Notes under the pieces: model-generated | Told to the model about the DNA's origin: nothing | What the model saw: the letters and a program-made list of their open reading frames with translations, nothing else | Database searches by the model: none | Translations under genes and position numbers: made by a program | Assembly (NCBI RefSeq): GCF_006345805.1 | Contig: NC_043007.1 | Location: forward strand, 56,482,001 to 56,546,000 | Source of the DNA: Octopus sinensis | Lineage: Eukaryota | Direction of reading: 5' to 3' | Length of the DNA: 64,000 bases | In this document: in pieces, positions 52,105-64,000 of the stretch | Numbering within the stretch: the stretch's first letter is position 1 | Layout of the letters: each line of letters begins with the position of its first letter

Positions 52105-54007
52105 ATAACGGAAGACAGCCGCAGAAAGAAGTGTCTAAGTATGACCAGGAGTGATTACCGAAAGGCTTTTAATAACTGCCCACACATGGATCCTAGAAAC
52201 ATTAGCCATAAACAAAGTAGCACCAATAATCATAAAATGTATAAAACATGCCTTGAATAAATGCCAAACAATGCTACAGTTCCAGACAGAAGAGGGACTC
52301 ATAAAAACCAATAACATTCCCATTAGAAGGGGAATATTCCAGGGGGACATACTCTCTCCACTCCTTTGCTGCTCGGCACTGACACCTTTATACGACATGC
52401 TAAACAAAGCTGGATGTTGATACAACTGCTACAGCAAAGCAAACAGCCAACTCTTATAAATGGATGATCTAAAACTGTACTAATACAAAAGGAAAACAGC
52501 TGGAAACGTTACTACAGACAGTACATGGATTTCCCAAAGAAATAAACATGAAATTTGGCTTAGGAAAATGTGCCAACCTTGAAAAGAGGAAAACTAGTTA
52601 AGAGTAGCAACATCACACTAGATAAAGCAAAGGAAATAAGAGAATTAGACCAAAATCAGATATACAAATACTTAAGAATCAATGAAATAGATACGATACA
52701 ACACACACAAATGAAAGAGAAGATAAGAATAGAATACTATAGACGAGTTAGGTTAATACTGAAAACAGAGTTCAATGCGAAAAACAAGATAATAGGTATC
52801 AACTCTCTAGCTGTCCCAGTTATAAGTTACAGCTACAATATCCTTAACTGGACTCTAAATGAACTAATCAAAATAGAGAGGAAAACAATAAAAATAATGA
52901 GAGGATTTAGGATGCACCATCCAAAATCTGACATAGAAAGGTGATATATACAACGTATCGAAGGTGGGGGAGGTTTTTTATACTGCTAGAAAACTATTAC
53001 AGAATGACTGCCATAGGACTACAGTAATACATACTTCAGAAGCAAGGAAAACTAATACAAATAACCACAAAACACGAACAAAACAAGAAAAAACTGTTCA
53101 GTCTTTAAGGACGCTGACAACTACAAAAAAGAAGTCATAGTACCTAAATTAAAAAAAAAAAGAAATCTGTAAAACAACTGAAATCCAAACTAAAACTGGA
53201 ACAGCAACGCATCATGATAAAACGATGGCAGGAAAAGCCCCTTCATGGTAAATACCAGGTTAAACTAAAGAGAAAAGAAATAGACAAGACAAAATTTCAA
53301 TAAGGGCTGAGGAGCTCAGGACTCAAAGCAGAGACTGAAAGGTTTTTAATTGCTGTACAACATCAAATACAAGTAACTTCAGAATATGTGGAGATGGAGA
53401 AGAAACATTAAATCATATTGTCTCTGGTTGCCCAGTCCTGGCTAAGTTGGGACCTATATACACTGGAAGCTATGCCAACATTATGGAATAACAACTGAAA
53501 AAAGATGGTATAGGCACACGCCAGAAAGGGTCACAGAAAATGAGAAAGCAACCATACTCTGGGATGCCAATACACACAGATAGGGAAAATAAGGTCAATA
53601 GGACGGGTATAGTTATCAGAGATCACTAAGAAAAAATGCTTTCTAATCGATGTATCAATACCAGCAGATGACAATGTTTCTCTAAAAGAAACGGAGAAAC
53701 TTTCAAAATACAAAGATCTTGAAATAGAGGTAACTAGAATGTGGAGCCTAAAATTAGAAACAATTCCTATCATAGTAAGCGCAGTATGATAAAAAATATT
53801 CAGACAAATACATAACATAATCACCAGCACCAACAAGTATATATAACATAGGGAACTTGGCACTACTAGGCACCGCACGCATCCTATGTAAAACACTTTC
53901 AATACAGTAAAAATAAGAGCATCACAACAAACCACAGCACATACCCAAGGCACACAGAGCTGCGCTCGGTAGTGCAATGAAAGCATGTCATAAAAAATGA
54001 CTACTGA
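52105..54007 (+). mobile_element. R4/Dong LINE, 5'-truncated and internally deleted, same subfamily as 54105
   Basis: RRGIFQGDILSPLL, MDDLKLY, MHHPKSDIER; 3' end gcacacagagctgcgctcggtagtg..actactga shared with 58010-58067. Confidence 0.92.
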
Positions 54008-54058
54008 ATAATTATAATAATAATAATAATGATAATAATAATAATAATAATAATAATA

Positions 54059-54104
<46 letters not shown>
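54008..54104. repeat. (AAT)n tract separating two Dong copies
   Basis: Direct reading. Confidence 0.97.
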
Positions 54105-58180
<4,076 letters not shown>

Positions 58181-58184
58181 AAGA

Positions 58185-58615
58185 ACTGGGTAGTAGCTCT
58201 CATGGCTTCTGATCATAACTGATTAAAAATGGGCTACATCATGTCCCTTAGTGACTGACGATATGTGCATCTCTGATCACGAGCAGAAGTAGTGGGGGAA
58301 CATCATAGCCATGTATTGAAAGCAATTCTTTGGGGTTTGTATAATTCACCTTTGAAACATGGGTGTTTTGTTCAACATCTTTAAACAACCTTTATTCAGG
58401 GACCTTTTAAGTTGGATGGGCTACTCGACCTAAAGAAAATTTTAACTGGGTCCAACTTGCAAGGTCATGCGCTGTTAATCTTGATATGACATCACCTTGT
58501 CGCGCACATATGGTTGTGATGCATGTAGTCATGACGGGTAGTCATGATGGGTATACAGGGCTTTGTATATTTAACCCCAGTGTCATTTTGATTGTATACA
58601 CTGCTATCTCACTCA
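58185..58615 (+). mobile_element. Non-coding dispersed element with AAT tail (second copy)
   Basis: Homologous to the reverse complement of 47005-47545; ends cactgctatctcactcaatattaataataata. Confidence 0.75.
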
Positions 58616-58639
58616 ATATTAATAATAATAACAATAATA

Positions 58640-58830
58640 ATAATTGAAATCGAAAAGACATGGCATGTCAAGACGGTTACAATACTACTGGTTGTAGGAG
58701 CACTTGGAATGATCAAAAAAGGAACTGAAAATTATTTTAGAATGATCCCTGGCTTACTATCCACGCAGGAAGTACAAACAATTGTCTTAACTGGTACGTT
58801 ACACTTACTGAGACAATATTTCGTATATTT
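58640..58830 (+). mobile_element. R4/Dong RLE C-terminal fragment
   Basis: EIEKTWHVKTVTILLVVGALGMIKKGTE..VQTIVLTGTLHLLR. Confidence 0.85.
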
Positions 58831-58865
58831 TAATTTGTCATGCTTATTTTGTTTTTGTTTTTTGC

Positions 58866-59495
58866 TGAGTTTTTTTCTTGAGAACAAATTCATCGTGAAA
58901 AATGGCGATTTTGACGTCTATATCTAGCATATAGGGTGACCAGTTTTGTAGTGGTCAGTCCTCTGAATTTTGTATGTAAAAAGATTTTTAGTCTTCGGAT
59001 TTTTTTTTAAATATGCTAGGCCACTGGTTTTAATTGATTAATATCAATTTCTACCCTTATTTAAGTTTAAATTTAAAAAATGTTCTCTAACCGGTAAATT
59101 GACTGCTGTAGTTTATTAATTGCAGAGTAATTTCCGATCTCAGCGCGCCAAAGTGAAGGCATTTGAAAGGATATACATAAATATAATTTGTAGAACTTTA
59201 TACATGATGGATTTCGGTTGAGCGTTCTGTATCTAGTTCTAGAAATTGTGTTTTGTAAACAACAGATTATGCTGATGATCTTGCAGATGTTTACGTAAAT
59301 ATTAACAAGTGAAACTAATTAGTACATAGGTAATCATTTTTTATTTCGTATATTTTCATTTATCTTGCTTATTTTTGCACATTGGTTTTTTCCTGATTTT
59401 TTTTCTTGAGAACGAATTCTTCGTGGAAAATGGCGATTTTGACGTCAATATCTAGCATATAGGTTATCCAGTTTTGTAGTGGTCAGTCTCCTGAA
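58866..59495. repeat. ~100-bp direct repeat (58866-58965 and 59396-59495)
   Basis: ttttttcttgagaac..aaatggcgattttgacgtc.atatctagcatatagg..ccagttttgtagtggtcagtc occurs twice. Confidence 0.85.
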
Positions 59496-59517
59496 TTTTG
59501 TATATATATATATATAC

Positions 59518-59665
59518 ACGACAGGCTTCTTTCAGTTTCCGTCTACCACTCACAGGGCTTTGGTCCACTCACAAGGCTTTGGTCGACCCAAGGTGCCTTG
59601 CAGTTGGGTTGAACTCGGAACCATGTGGTTGGTAAGCAAGCTACTTACCACACAGCCATGCCTGT
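59518..59665 (-). mobile_element. SINE family A, 5' half
   Basis: ggcttctttcagtttccgtctacc..gaactcggaaccatgtggttggtaagc..accacacagccatgcct. Confidence 0.85.
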
Positions 59666-60339
59666 TCACTTTTTACTTATTATTTTTTCCTTTTTCTCTT
59701 TGTCTTTCTTCCTCTTTTTTTCTCTATCACATGATTTTGTAAATGAACAATCTGATGTGTATATTTTAATGGCCTACCAATGTATATATAGTGCGTCTCT
59801 CTGCCCTAAGTGTCAGGAAGGCACTCAGCAAGAAATGAAAGCAGAATTGAAAGATGATAATGAAAATAATAATAATGATAATAATATTGCTTGTTTTTGT
59901 TATACGATATCTTGCAGTAATAACAAAGCGAAGAATATAAAATGATCATTGTTTTGCTTTTGGATAGAAAAAAAGAAAAAGAAACCCCCCACACACAACT
60001 ATGACATATTGCATAATAAAGTCACAGATATAATGTGTAAAAAATACTTCATAAACTAGTCATGGCTGCATTAACAGTGCGCCCATATGTGCTCCATCAG
60101 TACATTACACATATAAATACGTACGTAATACACACACACACACATACGTAATGCATCATGTTTAAAATGTGACATTGTTTTCGCTATCTACATTCCAAAG
60201 ATGGAACTTTGTATCTTTGTTAGAAACCAACTCCTTCTTCATAGGAGGAATTTAAATGATTAAAAACAGAAGAGAAATCTACATGGGTATATATATATAA
60301 ATGCAGATATGTTAATGCGAATAATTGTGTGTGCACATA

Positions 60340-60371
<32 letters not shown>

Positions 60372-60470
60372 CACATACACATATATTGTATCTATATATA
60401 TATATATATATATACAATTATATTGTATATATATATATATATATATATACAATTATATTGTATATATATA

Positions 60471-60864
60471 CTAGCAGTATCGCCCGGCGTTGCTCGGGTT
60501 TGTAAGGGAAATAATTATATAAGCATTTTTAGAGATGTAAAGTATAATAGCCATCTCAATATGGCTAACCACAAAGGGGGAGGGATGTTACTGTAGCTTT
60601 TTACGTTCTGAGATTTAATAATAAATTTTAGAGAGTTACTTCCCTTATATATGTCAAAAATGGATTAAAAATGGGAAAAATTGATGGTAATTTTTTTTTA
60701 AATCGTAGACTCATCGTAGACGCGCGCTAATACCCAGACGGTCTCGATATGAATCACGACTATAAGATACCCGGTTTTGGTTAAACTGCACCGCAAAATG
60801 TGGGAGTAGTTAGGAATCTAAATCGTAGGAGACAGACACACAACCTCACTTTTATATATAAAGA
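60471..60864 (-). mobile_element. Non-autonomous Helitron, 394 bp, same family as 42302-42679
   Basis: Minus strand starts TCtttatatataaaagtgagg and ends cccgagcaacgccgggcgatactgCTAG; A^T insertion site. Confidence 0.85.
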
Positions 60865-60929
60865 TTTCCTCTATTTACATAATATTGAGGTCTCTTTCTT
60901 TCTTTTGTTATCTTACTGTTTTTACCAAT

Positions 60930-60968
<39 letters not shown>

Positions 60969-61046
60969 ATAAAATATATATAGTTACAGAGATGTACTTG
61001 CATAGCAAGTGACTTGATCTGAGATCGTGTGCTGGAACGAAACCAG

Positions 61047-61303
61047 TTGCAGCGTTGAAGGTGTTTATAAGCCATTTAAGAAACACACAAAAACCGTTAG
61101 ATTCACTTCAACATTTAAATTTAATTTGTCAAAATATTTTCATCGATTTGAGACCGCGACCTGTTAGCACGATATTTTTGTAAGTGAACAGTCGCGGTCT
61201 CAAAGCGACGAAAATATTTTGGCAAATAAATTTAAATGTTGAAGTGAATCTAACGGTTTTTGTGTGTTTCTTAAATGGCTTACAAACACCTTCCACGCTG
61301 CAA
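61047..61303. repeat. 257-bp palindrome (~118-bp arms), PLE pseudo-LTR-like
   Basis: ttgcagcgttgaaggtgttt..gagaccgcgac / gtcgcggtctc..aaacaccttccacgctgcaa. Confidence 0.92.
61177..61226 (+). ncRNA. Candidate hammerhead variant with swapped 3:8 pair (G3, C8)
   Basis: tttgtaa-GTGAACA-gtcgc/ggtctcaaa/gcgac-GAAA-atat-TT-tggcaaa. Confidence 0.4.
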
Positions 61304-61379
61304 TATATATATACACACATATATATATATGTATGTATGTATGTGTGTATATGTGTATGCATGTATGTGTGTGTGTGTG

Positions 61380-61600
61380 CGTGTCTGTGCTTGTGATTGT
61401 CCTCCACCACTGCTTGACAACGAATGTTGGTTTGCTTACATCCCTGTCACCTAGTGGTTTGACAAAGGAAACAGATAGAATATGTACAATGCTTACAAAA
61501 ATAAAAGTGGAGTTGATTCATTAAACTACAATTCTTCAAGGCATTGCCCCAGCATGGCTACAGACCAATGGCTGGAAAAAGCAGAAGAATAAAAGAATAC
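61380..61600 (+). mobile_element. SINE family A, 3' half
   Basis: caccactgcttgacaac..acatccctgtcacctagtggttt..ccccagcatggctacag. Confidence 0.8.
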
Positions 61601-61654
61601 ATTCTCTGCTTTGGTCAAGGCATGAGAAAGCTTGAGTTTACATGAGAAGGCCTA

Positions 61655-62030
61655 ACAGACCTGGTAGAAACAGCAGCCAAATCTCCCTCAAATCACACCT
61701 AACTGTCTTATGTATGTATATATATATGAGCCAATGAGGGGGACCTCTAAATGGTAGCTAGACCTGGTAGAAATAGCAGCCAAATTTCCCCCAAATCACA
61801 CCTTACTGTCTTATCTATGTATATATGTATGTATGAGCCTATGAGGGAGACCCCTACATGGCAGCTAGACCTGGTAGAAATAGCAGCCAAATTTCCCCCA
61901 AATCACACCTTACTGCCTTATCTATGTATATATGTATGTATGAGCCTATGAGGGAGACCCCTACATGGCAGCTAGACATGGTAGAAATAGCAGCCAAATC
62001 TCCCTCAAATCACACCTTACTGTCTTATCT
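61655..62030. repeat. Minisatellite, ~107-bp unit x ~3.6
   Basis: gacctggtagaaatagcagccaaatttcccccaaatcacaccttactg recurs at ~61658, 61761, 61868 and 61975. Confidence 0.92.
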
Positions 62031-62290
62031 TTCTGCTACTTGGATATAGGTGTTATATTCGTCGTAAAAAACTTTCCTATCACACACTCACGCACACGCA
62101 CACACACACACACACGCACCCTCACACAAACACACACGCGCGCACACCCACACACACCCACTCACACACACGCACGTTAGCTTACAATTTTATTTATATT
62201 TTGCGTGTGTATGTGTGGAAATAGGAAGTGGGAAGCAGAGTGAAAGAATCACTCACTACAGTAAGTCAATTACTTTCATTTTATTCGTTG

Positions 62291-62538
62291 CCCACTGTGT
62301 GTGTGCGTTTGCGTGTGGTGTAAACCAGACTAAGAAAAGCATTTGACACACACACCAGAATGTGAGTTTTCTGTAAATTTTGCTTAATTGGAGTTTAAAT
62401 TTTAAAAACTGGACCTGGCATGACGCGATGCATTGTACTCTTAAAACTGCTAGGTAAATTGTATAAGAAGAAATCCTATATTGTAGATTTGTATAACTCC
62501 CAAAGGGAGGCAGATAAAATCTGCCTTTTATAATAAGA
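62291..62538 (-). mobile_element. 5' portion of a Helitron, abutting the 3' end of the next copy
   Basis: ~250 bp nearly identical to 63301-63543; minus strand begins TCttattataaaaggcag. Confidence 0.75.
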
Positions 62539-63540
62539 CTAGCAGTATCGCCCGGCGTTGCTCGGGTTTGTAAGGGAAATAACTATATAAGCATTTTTAG
62601 AGAGTTATAGCAAAAAGTAGCAAAAAAATGCATAAAAATTGAAAAAAAATTAAGGTAAATTTTTCTTTAAATCGTTGACACATCGTAGAGATATTTTTAG
62701 AGAGTTACTTCCCTTATAAAAGCGAAAAAGATGCATTAAAATTAAAAAATATGATGGTAATTTTTTTTTAAATCGTAGTAGACTCATCGTAGACGCGCGC
62801 TAATACCCAGAAGGGCTCGTTTTTATTCTGGGTAACTTTCTGTAAAATTATTAAATTTGTTCAACATCGCTATAGAAAATGGGTTATTAGCTAATATTCA
62901 ATGGGGTATACAACAAAATTTTACGATAGAATTTGTTATTCTGGGTAACTTTCTGATACCCATAATAATATTTATGGCAAAATAGGCCTTAATTTCATTA
63001 AGTTGGGGAAATAACAAACTATCCTTTCTTTCGGTTTGTTTCGTTTAGCGTAATGATTTCAAATAGGCTCATTCGAAAAAGTAAATAGAAATAGTCTAAG
63101 GCTTTCCTCTTCTGGGAAAGTCTGTGGCTTGGTCCAGTTTCTTCAGAAAACTCACCGAAAGAAACAGTTTTAAATTTTCACTCCATTCAGGTACCAATTC
63201 GTTTTCTTTATCGCTTCGGATTCACTGTTTTCACTTTAATAGCTGCAAACTTGCAAAAACAAAGGAGGAGAAGGGTGATAGCGTCAGTGAAACAATTCGC
63301 TCCCTTGTGTGTGCGTTTGCGTGTGGTGTAAACCAGACTAAGAAAAGCATTTGACACACACACAGAATGTGAGTTTTCTGTAAATTTTGCTTAATTGGAG
63401 TTTAAATTTTAAAAACTGGACCTGGCATGACGCGATGCATTGTACTCTTAAAATTGCTAGGTAAATTGTAATTGAAGAAATCCTATATTGTAGATCTATA
63501 ACTCCCAAAGGGAGGCAGATAAAATCTGCCTTTTATAATA

Positions 63541-63545
<5 letters not shown>
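62539..63545 (-). mobile_element. ~1-kb non-autonomous Helitron
   Basis: 5' TCTCttattataaaaggcag; 3' hairpin + CTAG at 62539-62542; 3' ~280 bp shared with the 380-bp family. Confidence 0.8.
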
Positions 63546-63618
<73 letters not shown>

Positions 63619-63771
63619 TATTTACATATATATATGAACATATAACATTCAACAATATTAAGGAATGGCCTTGATAGGCCATTCGACCCACTAGAAAGAG
63701 CAGCTAAACTCAAACCGCTAAATAGTTGTAATTCAGAAACCAAAGGAAAATATAAACATTTACCCTTATCA

Positions 63772-63869
63772 TCTTTGGACTATGCATAGTTTCGACATAC
63801 ATATTGGCAAACCGATTTAATTAAATTAAATTAAATCTATTTGCCACTGGCTTGTCTCGTCAGCAAAGA
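63772..63869 (-). ncRNA. Type I hammerhead ribozyme, intact core, extended stem II
   Basis: Minus: tctttg-CTGACGA-gaca[..tggcaaa..gatttaat/attaaatc..tttgcca..]tgtc-GAAA-ctatgcatag-TC-caaaga; stem I 6 bp perfect; GUC triplet; predicted cut between 63778 and 63777. Confidence 0.88.
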
Positions 63870-64000
63870 AGCCAGGGAAATATATATCCACGAGGCGACA
63901 GCATTATATAGTCTGTTGACTATTTTTTCTTTCTCACTGGACCGCTGGTGGCGAAAAATTTCTCTTGAATTTTTTGCTACCCTGACATTGATTAATTAAT

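Noticed and set aside
58250-58310. CTGACGA and ctg-atcacgag-cag (HHR- or HDV-L3-like) in the AAT-tailed element
   Set aside because: No downstream GAAA/stem II, and no consistent P1/P2 pairing across the two copies.
61655-62030. Regularly spaced repeats that could be mistaken for a CRISPR array
   Set aside because: The whole unit repeats with no unique spacers; eukaryotic context; no cas genes.

Overview
AT-rich, microsatellite-dense eukaryotic DNA made almost entirely of transposon remnants. The SINE families resemble those I recall from octopus (coleoid cephalopod) genomes, but that assignment is inference. I can recognise no host protein-coding gene, rRNA, tRNA or CRISPR array, and most short ORFs in the track are translated microsatellites. 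Recognisable content: tRNA-head SINEs (three families), Penelope-like element (PLE) RT/GIY-YIG remnants, mariner/Tc1 remnants, a CR1/L2-type LINE fragment, a HERO-like fragment, non-autonomous Helitrons, and a pile-up of R4/Dong-clade LINEs in (AAT)n tracts at 44-59 kb, including a nearly full-length copy at 54105-58067. The most notable signal is a set of self-cleaving hammerhead ribozyme (HHR) motifs. (1) A young, GC-rich, ORF-less 359-bp tandem repeat at 30802-31581 carries two intact minus-strand HHRs exactly 359 nt apart, a 13-bp target-site duplication and a 5' inversion. This fits a non-LTR retrozyme that would yield a 359-nt circular RNA. (2) An intact HHR with an extended stem II and a possible pseudoknot lies at 63772-63869. 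(3) A candidate G3:C8 core-swapped HHR sits in a palindrome at 61047-61303. (4) Two HHR-bearing inverted repeats lie at 5.4-5.9 kb and 17.6-18.4 kb. All folds were read by eye and no searches were run. Boundaries of degenerate elements are approximate.
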